Assembly: GCA_030265395.1 (NCBI GenBank) | Contig: JARFYF010000057.1 | Location: 5,139,924 to 5,203,923 of the forward strand | From: Rhina ancylostomus | Lineage: Eukaryota | Direction of reading: 5' to 3' | Length of the DNA: 64,000 bases | Shown: in pieces, positions 27,192-39,790 of the stretch | Numbering within the stretch: position 1 is the first letter of the stretch | How the letters are laid out: each line of letters starts with the position of its first letter | Program-made: the position numbers and the translations under genes | Notes under the pieces: model-generated | Database searches by the model: none | The model's input: only the letters and a program-made list of their open reading frames with translations | Told to the model about the DNA's origin: nothing

Positions 27192-28255
27192 GATCAGAAT
27201 CAGATTTATTATCACAGATAACGTGAAATTTGTTGTTTTGTGGCAGCAGTACAGTGCAAGACATAAAATTCCTATAAATTACAAAAATAGTGCCAAAAAA
27301 GGAATAATGAGGTAGTGTTTGTGGGTTTCAGGACCATTCAGAAATCTGATGGCAGAGGGGAAGAAGCTGTTTCTGAAACATTGAATATGGGTCTTCAGGC
27401 TCCTGAACCTCCTCCCTGATGGTAGTAATGAGAAGAGGGCATGCCCGGAAGGTGAGGGTCTTTGGTGATGGATGCCATCTTCTTGAGGTGCCACCTTTTG
27501 AAGATGTCCTCAATGGTGGGGAGGGTTGTGCCATTGCTAGAGCTGGCTGAGTCTACTACCCTCTGCAGCCTCTTGCGATCCTTTGCATCGAAGCCTCCAT
27601 ATCAGGCAGTGATGCAACCAGTTAGAACGCTCTCCACTGTACATCTGTATCTCTTCAAACTCCTAATGAACTGGAGCTGCTGGCATCCCTTCTTCATGAT
27701 TGCATCAGTGTGTTGGATGCAGGATAGATCCTCCAAGATGTTGATGCCCAAGAACTTGAAGCTGCTCACCCTTTCCACTATTGACCCCTCAATGAGGACT
27801 TGGTATGTGTTCTCCCGACTTCCCCTTCCTGAAGTCCACAATTAGTTCCTTGGCCTTGCTGATGTTGAGTGTGAGGTTGTTGTTGTGATACCACTCAACC
27901 AAGCCGATCTATCTCCCTCCTGTACACCTTGCTGCCATCTGAGATTCGAACAACAACATTGGCAAACTTATGGATGGCGTTTGAGCTATGCTTAGCCACA
28001 CAGTCTTGAGTGTAGAGAGTAGAGCAGTGGGCTAAGCATGCATCTTTGAGGTCCGGCTGTGTTGATTGTCAGCGAGGAAGAAATGTTATCATTGATCTGC
28101 ACCGACTGTGGTCTCCTGATAAGGAAATTGAGAATCCAGTTGCAGAGGGAAGTACAGAGGCCCAGGTTTTGAAGCTTGGTGATTAGTACTTGAGGGGATG
28201 ATGGTGTTGAACGCCGAGCTGTAATTGATAAACAGCAGCCTGACGTATGCCTGAT
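27192..28255 (-). mobile_element. Rex/Babar-like non-LTR retrotransposon, 5'-truncated
   Basis: [48 protein letters not shown] and GHALFSLLPSGRRFRSL...FRNSFFPSAIRFLN. Confidence 0.88.
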
Positions 28256-28334
28256 GTAAAATGAGGTCAGTCATCATCTCATTGAAGGTGAACAGGCTTG
28301 AAGAATTGAATAGTGTACCTGTCCTATGTTCTTA

Positions 28335-28810
28335 TAAAAGCAGAAAATACTTAGGTACTTGAGCATCCTTCATGGGGAGAGAAACAATCAGTGTTTCTGG
28401 TCAGTGACCTTGTGTTAGAACTGTAAATGTTGGTAATGTAATATTTTAAGGAGCTCCTGAGACAGATAAAACTAGGAAAAAGAGAGAATAAAATGAAGCA
28501 TCAGTGATAAGGTGGAAGGCAGATTGAAATGGTAAAAGAAACAAAATTCAAGGAAAATTGTTATGGCCCTTTTTGCTTTGCAGTTTATCCCCTGCCTATC
28601 ATTGACCTTTTCAACTTTCCTTCTGAACCCAACCCACCCATTGTTTCCCTGGATATACACAGCGTAAAACTCTTACACCTTAACCCTTTACTAGCCTTGA
28701 TGGAAAATCACTAACCTTAAACATTAAATCTTTTCTGTCTCTCCTCAGATGCTACCTGATCTGTGGACTATTTTCAGTTTTTAAATTTGCAGCATCCTCA
28801 ATATATTTCC
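28335..28810. mobile_element. Two inverted, degenerate Penelope-like terminal repeats
   Basis: A minus-orientation copy near 28335-28425 and a plus-orientation copy near 28690-28800. Confidence 0.4.
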
Positions 28811-29129
28811 TTTAATGTAAGTCATAAGCATGTGATTTGACTAAGAATTCTGCCTTCTCCAGATTATTTGTCAATTACCATAAATCTGTGTCCTCTGGTT
28901 ACTGACTTTCCCTCCCATGGAAACAATTTCTCACTTTCTACTCTTATCAGTGCACTTCAATATTTTGAGCATTCTTTTAAATTGTCCCTTAATGTTATTT
29001 TATGTAAGAGTACAATTCCAGTTTATTTGGAAATGGAAAAACATCACATTAGCATGGGAGATAGTAAATCTCTCTGCTCTCCTTCTGAGGGTTTGACATC
29101 CTTACTAAAGTAGTATCAAAAAACTTTAA

Positions 29130-29490
29130 TTCTTTTATAAGCCTTTACAACCAGTGAGTTATTCTGGAAATATAGTCACTGATAAAATGTAGGAAGCACT
29201 GCAGCCAGTTTCTGCACAGGAAGCTCGCACAAATAGCAATGTGATAAGGATCAAATAATCTGTTTTCTTTGGAACTTTATTGGAGGGGAAAAAAGTTGTC
29301 TATGACACCCTACATTATATCCCTTTGAAACAGTGTCGTGGGATCTTGTGTGTCCATTTAGGAGAGCAGTTGAGGTTTTTGTTAATTGTCTCATCCAGAA
29401 GTTGATTACCTAGTTAGTGCAGCCATTAATACTCCTACTGAATGTTTTGCCAAGTCTCTGGAGTGCATCGTGAACCCCAGATCTTTTGAG
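29130..29490 (-). mobile_element. SacSINE1/DeuSINE-like element
   Basis: Reverse complement of a Deu-domain SINE body (gtgggatcttgtgtgtcca..gagagcag..gtctcatcc; aagtctctggagtg..tgaaccc) with an L2-like tail. Confidence 0.65.
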
Positions 29491-31769
29491 CTTCTGGTCA
29501 ATGGTGACCTCTAGGCTGTTGATGGCAGGCAGAGTTGCAAACTACTGTGACTTCCAGGAATAGATGGGTATGTAAGAATTGCTGGAAGCATAAAGATCAA
29601 TATTTCATGTAATTCACATTCTACCGTCATGTAGTCGCACATTTATAGTGGAATTATTGACTAATCATGGTAATGCATTTCTGTCAGTTATTCTAATACA
29701 GGCTCAGTCATTTCTACTTAAACTGTCATGTATTTCAAGGTACTCGAACATTAAATGATATTTTGTATTAGAAATCTATCCAACATGACATCTCTGTTAT
29801 ATTCAGTGAGGAATAAGAGAGTATTGCCTGCTTTAATAAGGGTTCTCTGCATCCTGTTCATGGTACGGAGGACTGGAACTTAGAGCAGCTTGCCTCCTGC
29901 ATTTTTTGCAGAGGAACAAAACCCTTTGGAACTCAGTCTTGTTTAGTTTGAAAGACAAGTCTGGATTCAAAATAGCAAGGCTGGGCCTTGAACATTAATG
30001 CCGTCATATAGCAGGCTGGAACAAACCCTACCCATGAAACAACTGAAAAGGATCTTTGAAAGCCAGCTAAACCATACCTCCACCTTTTCTATCAGTTTAT
30101 TACTTTGGGATGCATCAGAATCTTCCCAACTTTCAGAACATTCAAAGCATAAACTAAGAATTTTGAAAGCAATTAAATTTTATCAACAAAAATATCACTT
30201 GAAAACACTTAGATGCAGCTGTTTCCCTCCATTTAGATGAATGGTTTTGTCAATTCTGCATCAGCTCTAACCTGGCACAGGTTCTGTGGACAGACTCCCC
30301 AGGATCAGTGCTGGAGATTTCCCCAGGTTTAGGGTCNNNNNNNNNNNNNNNNNNNNNNNNNNNNNNNNNNNNNNNNNNNNNNNNNNNNNNNNNNNNNNNN
30401 NNNNNNNNNNNNNNNNNNNNNNNNNNNNNNNNNNNNNNNNNNNNNNNNNNNNNNNNNATATATAGGCTTGATTGCTAATGTAGCTGGGTGGGTACTGTGG
30501 TCAGCAAGGACCCATTGGGCTGAAGGGCCTGTATCTGAGCTGTATTACCATATGACTAAACAGTAGTAGGAATTCTATTGAAGATAAAACCAACAGAAGA
30601 AAACATGATTTTTTTAATGCAGATTTTGACCATAAGTGTTAATCTGTTGACATAACCTAAAACGATTAAGAATAAGGCAGTTGAAGTTCTTGCCACTCTT
30701 TGGAAAGCGTTGAATTATTGAATGTTATAGTCAGTAATGCAATTTCAGTCTCCTTTATTAAGGTCTGCAGGAGAAACCTTGGGAAAGTCATCTGGTATGG
30801 AAAAGACAAGCCTCCACCTAGAGTTGCTATTTTCCAGCTGTTGAACAGATCAGCATGTTAGCTTGCTCTGGTTTTGACAAATTCTTTACTGTTTCTCTCA
30901 CGTTTTGTGTTCTTTGAGGCACATTGCATCTTTTGTCTTCCTCCCCAGATAAATGTTGGTTGGTTTTCTAAAGTCATAATTTTACATTTGTAAGTGCAAA
31001 AGAAAAGGATTCAGCTTGCTGAACTTCTTTCTAGCATTGATTTGTTCTTGTACTTATTAACAGGTCTAGAAATTCTGTCCTTTTCAGTAGTTAACTTCCC
31101 TTTGTGTTGATGAATTCTTGGTCTTGATTTTCATTGTCACAGAAGTACATTTGGGGTAGTTTGTAATGCTTATATTGAAAAGACTTGCAAATGTAGAGTG
31201 TTTTAGAGCAGATGCATTCACTGTAGAGTATTTCAAATATAGTGTGAGATATAACTTTTTGTGCCGTCTTTCAATGGAATGCTAATGACCACTGCTGAAT
31301 CAATGCAGAGTGTGGCATTAGTCGTGATTGCAATTTTAGCTATCAATGTTGCAAACAAGCGTATAATTTAGGCTGAGCACTAGTTCCTGTTCACTTAAAA
31401 GAAACTTCTCATTTTTGAGTATTTATATCTGGAGGCATTGCTATGCTTGTTTTGCATTCTGATCTGTGAGAAAAATTTTGAATACAGATTTGTATTCTAT
31501 TGCTTCTCTGTCCTTTTTCTCACATTACAATCCTTGAAATGAAACTCTTATCTCGAAGAAAGGCACTTACAAGGCTAATAAAGTTTTATTCAAGCAATTT
31601 GATGATAGGGTAGAGTGGTTCTCTAAATTGCTTGGAGACCTGCAGGAATGTGTGATTAACTGCGTAGGAGTGAAGCTGAACAAGAGAGTTAACTGGTATC
31701 TTATTGTGATCAACTTTGCTGACCATTTGCATGTTAATTTTGTGCTTAAAACTCTGCAATAGCTGTCAC

Positions 31770-32785
31770 AAGAAAATAGGAGCAAGAATAGGCCATTAGG
31801 CCTGTTCCACCATTTTGATATGATCATTCCTGATTTATGCTGGCTTCAACTCCTCTTTTGTGCCATTTCTGTATGCCTCTTTTGTGCCCTCTATTCCTTG
31901 ATCTAAATATTTATCCCACTCCACTTTGAACACTACTAATAATCCAGTTTTTATCAACTGCCGAGAATTCCAGCAATTCAATATCCTGAGCTTTATCTTG
32001 TAGTTATGTCTCCCTTTTCGAAACTTTCACATGACTGAAAACATCACAACATCTGCACTGTGAAGACCCCTTAGGATCTGGTGTGTTTTAAAAAGATTAC
32101 CCCTTATTTTTCTAAACTCCAAGGAATACAGGCCCAAATAATTTCATCTTTCTCGATAGGACAACCCTTTCATCCCAGGAATTAGTTTTGAGAATCTCCT
32201 TCGCACTGCTAACAATGTTACTATGTCATTTTTTTTTAGGTAGACTGAAAATGTATGTTTTCCAGGGGAGGCCTCACTAACATCCTGTACAATTGCAACA
32301 AAACCACCCTATTTTTAAACTCCAACCCTTCTGCAGTGAAGGGCAAAATGATGTTTGCATTCTTAACTACTTGCTGGATCTGTTGGCTAACTTTTTGTGA
32401 TTTATGCACTAGAAAACTTAGATCCCTCTGCACTTCACTCACTTGCAGTCTCTCTCCAGTTAGATGATAATCTGCCCTTAGTCTTTCTGAAGTGCATGAC
32501 CTGGCACTTCCCCATATTAAGCTCCATTTGTAGTCTTTTGCCTACTCAATCAATCGCAACATGCTTCTTCAGCTATTTTTGTGTCATTGTCAAATTTGGA
32601 AACCTTACATATTGTTCCTTCTTCAAAGTCATTGATACAAATTGTGAACAATGGTCGACCAAGAACTGATTCCTGCAGTACTCTACTAGTTATGTCCTTC
32701 CAGTCTGAAAAGAACTGATCTAGCCCAAGTCTGTTTTCTATGAGACAGCCAGTTTTCAATCCATTCAACAGTGTACACAAACACA
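31770..32785 (-). mobile_element. CR1 LINE 3' about 1 kb
   Basis: VLQESVLGRPLFTICINDFEEG..CKVSKFDNDTK and QRDL..LVHKSQKVSQQIQQVVKNAN...LQLYRMLVRP. Confidence 0.88.
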
Positions 32786-33260
32786 AGAAAATAGGAGCAG
32801 GGAGAGGCCACCTGGTCCCTCAAGGCTGGCCTGCCATTCCATATGACTATAGTTGAGAAGCCTGGGGCAGATCAACCTATCCTCTGCGCCAATTCCATAT
32901 CGCCTTCAATTCTGCAACCTTTCAAAAGTTATCTACCTCCTCTTTAAAAACCTCCAGTGACNNNNNNACTGTGCTCCAGAGTTGAGAATTACAGTGATTT
33001 ACCACTCTGTAAGAAGAAATTCCCATGCAGCTTAGTTTTAAATGACTGCTACCATATCTTGTAACTATGTCCCCTTGTTTGAGACCCTCCCACAGGTGGA
33101 AACATGCCCCCTTAGGATCTTATACATTTCAGTAACATCATCCTTCATTCTTCTCAACATCAAAAGAATACATATCTAATTTTTTTTAGATGTTCATCAT
33201 AGCAAAACCTTTTCAATCTCAGAATTAGCCCCATCAACCTCAACTCTGTACTCTCCTCCA
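32786..33260 (-). mobile_element. Second CR1 3' end, tandem to the previous one
   Basis: Begins with the same caagaaaataggagca tail as 31770. Confidence 0.75.
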
Positions 33261-35129
33261 GATTAAAGAATGGTCTGGGTGTAAACAACTTGAACATTGT
33301 GCAGTTGAAAAGTTCTCATTTGCCCTTGGGAAAGAAGCTTGCATTTCCAGTTCCAATTGTATGCGTGTCATCCCAATATAAAGTTGTCAGATTTACTAAA
33401 AGTCCTGATTTCTTCATAACAAGTTTAAATTGGTAGAGTTGGGATGGTTAAGGTGGATTTTTGTTATATTTGTTTATTAAGCCAATGTAATAACTGTCTG
33501 GCTGGGAGCCATTTTGTCTATAATGAGCTGCCACTAAAAGTAGCTATCCCTTCTTTGGCCTGATTTAAAAAAAAAATCCATTTTAATGTCAGGTTTGAAT
33601 TGATTGCATGCATCCAAGCTATATTTATTAGAGCTACAATACAGCTTGTTCTCAGGTTACAACAGGGTCCTGTTCCTGTGAATTGTTTGTAGCCTGAACA
33701 GTTTGCAAGTCAGAAATGCTGCCAGGAGCAGAAGATGCCTACAGCAGCTGGCAAGTCCATCCCACTGGTCTCCCAAATGCTCATTCATATGTATGTGTTG
33801 TACATAACTCCGGTGTTCATAAACTGGGGAGCACCCATAAGTAGTTTGCAAGCTTTCTTGTTGAAAATACATGGTAACAACCAGGTTGGGTAATGTTATT
33901 CAGATTGGGTAATATTATTCAGGTTGAATAATAATGCAGAAAGAAGAGTTATCTATTTAATTATCCCCTGTTTAGAATTGCTTGTTAATTACTTTTAAAG
34001 ACATGACAGTTGTGGACATAGAATGAGATTGTTTTGTTTTAAAGAGTTTTGCAACAGCTGTTAGTTATAGTCCTAAGCTTCCCTAACAACTTGTTTGTAG
34101 AGTTTGTGGGTATTAATTTTAATAAAAGTGTTGTAATTTTTTAATGCATGCCGATTTAATGCATAATATGGTGTTTGAATCGTTTGCAATGTAATGGTCT
34201 TGTTCTGCTTATTTTGCAATGTTAAGCATCAAGCTAGTTAATGGCATTCCAACCTGAATGGCTGTCTTGCCTAATGAATTTGCTGGCTGGGCCTTCCTGT
34301 TTCTTCATTCAGTGCCAGAAAATTTTGTTCAAAATTACATTTAATGTCTTCTTATTTCTGGATTAGTTTATCAGTTTGTTCAAAATAAAGACCTGTAACA
34401 ATCTGGAATTTTTTTTTGAATGTTGGAATTTGGAGAATTAGCAATGAGTGCTCAGGAATACAGTTATCTCTGAATTAATTAGAAAATGTCAATATCACAA
34501 AATTTCTCATGATCCTTCAAATTAAATACTTCAAACATTCTAGGCTGAATTACCAGAGATAACCTGAGTTGTGTGAAATAGTTACCCATTTGTGTTTTGA
34601 TATGGCAAATAAGATGACTTTTAATTATAATTACAGAATATTTTACATGTGAAGAATCCAAACATAATATCAAATTCCTTCCCTCCAGAGCAGGAAGGAA
34701 AGAAGATCACTCATCATGTACAGTGTAGCAGTTTATGAAATAATGCCACATGCCACTCGATCACCCAACTCACTCACTATTTCTTGCATTTATTAATTCA
34801 TGCTTTGGAGTTTTGGTATGTAGGACAAATGATATGCCTATTCAAGGAAGTCGGTAAGCATTAAATGATTATTCATTTCAACATGATCCTGTTAAATGTT
34901 TTGATTTTATACTGGCGAGCTTTTGTAAGCAGGCAGTGAACCCTTATTCTTTGAAACAAAATGAATTAAACCACAATTAGCCATAAGTTTTGTAAAAAGA
35001 TAATGGTTATTAAGATAATATTTCAGAGAAAGTACATTGCCATGTTGTGATATGTGCACAAACGCAACAAACCCCAACCCTAATTGTGGATACACGGAGC
35101 GGTTCTTGATTCAGTCCTGGTCTGGTCCT

Positions 35130-35298
35130 CTCTTTCTCATCTCTTTTTCCATTATGTTGATGACTGTAATGGTGCTGCTTCCCACACTCGTATAGAACTC
35201 AAATTTTATTACCAGCTCCACCCTGCTCTCACTTTCACGTGTTCCATGCCTGACTCTTGTCTTTTTTTTTTAACATCTCTATCTCCATCTCAGGGGAT
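35130..35298 (+). mobile_element. Penelope-like RT fragment
   Basis: LFFHYVDDCNGAAS..HPALTFTCS, matching the Penelope RT RYIDD..GAAS...HPALKFTWS pattern. Confidence 0.7.
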
Positions 35299-35410
35299 AT
35301 TTATTGGCCTGGTGCTACTCATTTTGTCATCGTTTTGCTATGATACTTAACATAGNNNNNNNNNNACATAGCAAAACGATGACAAAATGAGTAGCACCAG
35401 GCCAATAAAT
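35299..35410. repeat. Perfect 44-bp inverted repeat spanning a 10-N gap
   Basis: 35299-35342 is the exact reverse complement of 35367-35410. Confidence 0.9.
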
Positions 35411-36839
35411 TATAATCTGTCAAGTACCACGTGATCCATTCAACCTCTATTGATACAGGTCTTTAATTTTAAGGAGAGGTAAACACTTTAATACTAGCTT
35501 TCTGGCATTGGCATATATCTGAGTACCTTAGGTCTGTTGGCATCCAACATGGCAACTACAGTTAGAATGCTATTAGAATCTGCTTAGATTTTTTTTAGCA
35601 ATCTTGATTCATTGCATCGAGATTAGCAGGGTGTTTGTTTCATTTCCATTGGGCTGAGTCGTTAAGTCCAGTGTGATTCTCAGTTGCATGCAGTAGAGAT
35701 GCCTAGTTTCACACCTGGTTTGGAGATTAAGCTGCTGTAAGCTTGAGACATGTAAGCTGTAGGACATGTTGCCCTGGAAAGGGAAAAGAAAAGCACCTCC
35801 TGTCAAGTGATCCTGAATGTTATCAAGTTGCACTTGCAGAATGTGCATGGTACAGGCTTCAGATGAGAACATGACCAAGTCTGGTTGGCTTTCCAATTGT
35901 GAAGAGCTTTGTGAAGTAACCATTGTTGCTTTTATGGATTCATGCCTGAAGAATACCCATTTTAATGAGGAATTTTTGGCTGTGGTTAATCATGGAAACA
36001 TATATCTCACCACAAACTAGCACTAGAGAGCTGGGAAAATTTGATCTTTGAGAATGATGGACTGGACCTTCTGCTGTTAGACAAGCTGCCTGAGCTCACT
36101 GTCCACATGCCATCTGGAATATGCTGGTTCTTGCATTGCTAGGCCCTTCCAACCATAAGTTTATGAATTTCACTGCAAATTCCCTTGACATAGGGACATG
36201 TGTGCATAGTCTTTAAAACTAATCCAACTGTAACTGGAAATGGGGGGGGGGGGCGGTGGGAGTAGAGAGATGGGGTTGTCCTGCAGGGAAGACTAACGAT
36301 TGGAGGGGAAGTGGTGACTAGAAAATAGGGGAGTTGATATTAGAGTAAGTGGGGATAGGAAACTGATGAGGTTAGGGGGAACTGGAGATTCAGGAGGTAG
36401 GTGGTGGACTGGAGGTCGAGGGAGATGATGGAGAACTGGGAAGACTTGAAGCACTTGGTCTGCATGTCTAGGCATGGGTGTGTCTCCCATCCAAGCAAGT
36501 GCTGCCTGGATTGCTGGTAACAGGAATGTCTGCCTACTTGAGGGCTGAGAGATAACTCTGACCCATGGGGAGCTCAGTAGGGCAGCAGGATCCCCAGGCA
36601 AATGCCATGAAGGAGACAGGTATTTGTGCCTGCAACTGTTCAAGCAGCACCTGATCAGAGAAGGGTGTAGGAACTATAAGGAACTGCAGCTGAACTTTAA
36701 GTAGAAAAGGCGCAATGAGTGCTTGGGACCTCACAATAAGTAATGTGATCAAAGCACAATGCTTGAATCAAATCAACCAAGCAGCTGCGTTGCTCAAGGA
36801 AGGTACTTGCAATTGAAAAGCAAACAATATAATCACTAT

Positions 36840-36890
36840 ACAGAAAATGCTCTCTCTGTATAAGTACTATACAGAGAGAGCATTTTCTGT
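36840..36890. repeat. Perfect 23-bp inverted repeat with a 5-nt loop
   Basis: acagaaaatgctctctctgtata-agtac-tatacagagagagcattttctgt. Confidence 0.95.
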
Positions 36891-37119
36891 GAATACTTCA
36901 TTAACGTATTCAGTTATTTTGAGTCTTGGGTACAGTTAGCGATCAAACACAGGTTGTGCTAGTTTTGAAATAGGTTTACCTTGAAAGTTGTACAAGCATA
37001 TTTGTTCATCACAAAATGTAGTGCACAGCACATTGAGACAGCTATTTTGAATATATGTTCAAAACTTTTAATATTCCTTGAGATATTTTGAAGTGATAAT
37101 ATGATGAGTCATAAAAAAT

Positions 37120-37860
37120 TTGTAATATACAAGGAGGCCATTTACCCTATTGTATTGTACCCGTGGAAAAAGTTACCCAGCTTGATCTCAAAATGAGGTC
37201 CTTAGCTCTGCAGGAGCCAGTTATTGAAGTATGTAATCAAGTACAGTATAAACATGATGAGGGTTTCTGTCTCTACCACTGTTTCAGCACTGAGTTCCAA
37301 ACTCCTGCCACCCTCTCGGTGATTTTTTTTCATCATCTGCTCTCTAATCCTTCCACCAATAAATTTAATGTCTCCCATTTTTTAATCTCTACAGAGCAGA
37401 AGATTATAGGTTCTTCCCAGTTACCCCATCTGAGCCTCTCAACATCATTTTTTTTTATATAGCTCAATTATGCCCTCCTCATGGCCTCTTTTTCAAAGAA
37501 AACAGCCTCAGTCTATCTAAACTTTTCTCACTGGTTAAAATTTTCCAGTCGTGGTAGCTTGAGTAGTTTTGTAGGCAGTTCTAGCATAACCACCCTGCCC
37601 TGCTCAGTGCCTCAGCTACTAAAGGAAAACATCCTGTATACCTTTTAGAACCATTTTAATGGCTTATCCTACTACCTTTTAAAGGTCTTATGAGTTTAAT
37701 AGCCTCCTTGTTTTTCTAACCACAGTATCCTCCCATTTATCATATGTTCCACTGCATTGCTGTACTCCCAAAATAGTTTTGTCACACTTCTCTGGTTTGA
37801 ATTTCATTTCTGCCCAACTGTTCAGACCATCTAATTTGTTCTACTGTCCATGTTCTCCAC
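37120..37860 (-). mobile_element. Old CR1 3' fragment
   Basis: Degenerate reverse-complement CR1 3' UTR and C-terminal patterns. Confidence 0.55.
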
Positions 37861-37889
37861 TGCTGCATGTTATGATTTAAATTAATGGA

Positions 37890-38085
37890 TCCAAATTATT
37901 GTTGACTTATTCACTGAAGCATCTGAGAGAATGTGTCTTACAGTAAACATTTGTAATATAAGGATTAAAAAAAGATCTAACAACCTTTTTAATATGCTAC
38001 CTATAACAATAAAGGTGCAATACATTGTCCTGGAAAACATAGATCACTTTCTACATCTTGGGAGTCATCTCTCAAGGGAGTCAAA
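37890..38085 (+). mobile_element. RTE-clade RT fragment
   Basis: DLFTEASERMCLTVNI and LENIDHFLHLGSHLS; overlaps in sequence with the end of the 13430 fragment. Confidence 0.6.
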
Positions 38086-39489
38086 TCCTAGTTTGCATGT
38101 TATCACGTAGTGAGGAATGGAAAAGAATTTCTAACAGCAGTCAGATTTGAGAAAGGTTTTCTGCATGAGATGCAAGGGAGTGTGATAATTTGAATCCAAA
38201 ATAACTCAGTAGTGGGAAGCAAAGGGTTTAAGATTGAGAAATGATTTAGCGACTAGTAGGCTGTAACCAATGACGTTTATTGGATTTAGTTTTTTGCTTT
38301 TCGTTATTTAGAATCATTGCTTCTCAATCAACTTTCTTTGTTGCATAACTCTAATAAATCTAACTGAATTACGTTTAGACTACAAAAGTACTTTCCTACT
38401 GATAGTTCATCTGCTTGGATTCAACCAATTGGACCAAATCTGCCTCTTCCCAGTAGGCACATACAAATGGGTGCCTTATTCTGGCTAAAGTTCTTCTGAA
38501 TGCTATTTAGGAATCCTGTGTCCTCTGTCAGTTACATTGATTACATCCCATTGAATGTTGGTGTTAATGAAATCCCTCACCATTGCCGCCATTCTGTTAG
38601 ATTCAACACTGTTACTTTTATGATTTCTTGCATCATTCACTGGCCTGATGCACAGTGGAAAGCTTACTATTAAAAATGCTGAAAGACAATTCCTTGGTGA
38701 GGGATTGAAGTCCAGATAAATGGATCTGATACTGCCTGGATTTAAACATGCCTATGCATGAGGAGAAGGGTGACTGTTCAGATATGGTATGTGGATGTCT
38801 TTGTTCTTTCATCAGCCTTTACTCTGATCTTGCTGAGCGATCTTATTAAATGATGGGGCAAAACCTATGGGTTTTCTGCATATGATAGTTTGCACAACAT
38901 TAGGGAACTTAGTGCAGATGGGAATGTTTTAACTTTTTTTTGAGAGCGCAAGTGTTCTTAAAACGCATTCTCTGAATGTGAAAATTAATTCTGAGATTTT
39001 GAACTGTCTAAAATCGGAAGACGTTTAAGTCCTTCGTTCTGCTGTTGGGTCTATAATTGTTATAAATGAGTCACCCATGCAACGAGCAGTGAAATTACCT
39101 GCCATGTATGTATGCAGTTTTCATATATTTCACTTAGTGCTTGATCTCATGATGTTGTGAATGTTTCGTTTAAGCATTTAAGGTGCTTTTTTTTAAAAAC
39201 ATTGTGTGACATCTGACATATTTATGTTTGTGTACTTCTCTTACAACAGGCCATTTTGCTACTCACCAGGAGCAATGCATGTACCATTTCCACAAACAAA
39301 ATAACCTTTTCAATCTTTAACTAATATCAAACATGATATACCTTTTATATAATTTCTTTCATGATGTGGGGATAAAGGTGGTTTGGCAACTTCTGAAAGT
39401 GAACCCTGGTGTAATATTTGAACTTGATATAAGAATTGACACCATTATTATTAAGGATGCTCATTTCTCTCCGTCGTTTCCTGATCCAT

Positions 39490-39790
39490 TACTAAAATCC
39501 TCCTCCTTACCTTTAACTCCTAGACTTCATTATTGCAGTACACTTCTAGACAGCCAGTCCATATTCAACTCTGCAAAAATTTAATTGCCCTTTATCTGAC
39601 TGGCACAAAATCCCATTTATCCATCAGTCTGCATTGACAGTCACTTGAGCACTATCTCAATTTTAAAANNNNNNNNNNCTTCATCACCCCACCCCTCCTC
39701 TTCTCTGCCATGATCTCCAATGTATCTGTTCCTCCAATTCAAGCCTCTTGAAAATCCCTATTTTAAATTACTCGGCCATTGTAGATATAC
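39490..39790 (+). mobile_element. Old L2 3' relic
   Basis: RLHYCSTLL (RLDYCNSLL-like) followed by L2 3' patterns. Confidence 0.5.

Noticed and set aside
35817-36020. ORF with CTCRMCMVQ resembling the next KDM4 exon start (CTCRKDMVK)
   Set aside because: No AG acceptor directly before the Cys codon, and similarity ends after a few residues; treated as chance.
38780-38820. DMV/VDVFV/QP-like words resembling KDM4 DMVKISMDVFV..LQP
   Set aside because: Needs frameshifts and a deletion and lacks splice sites.
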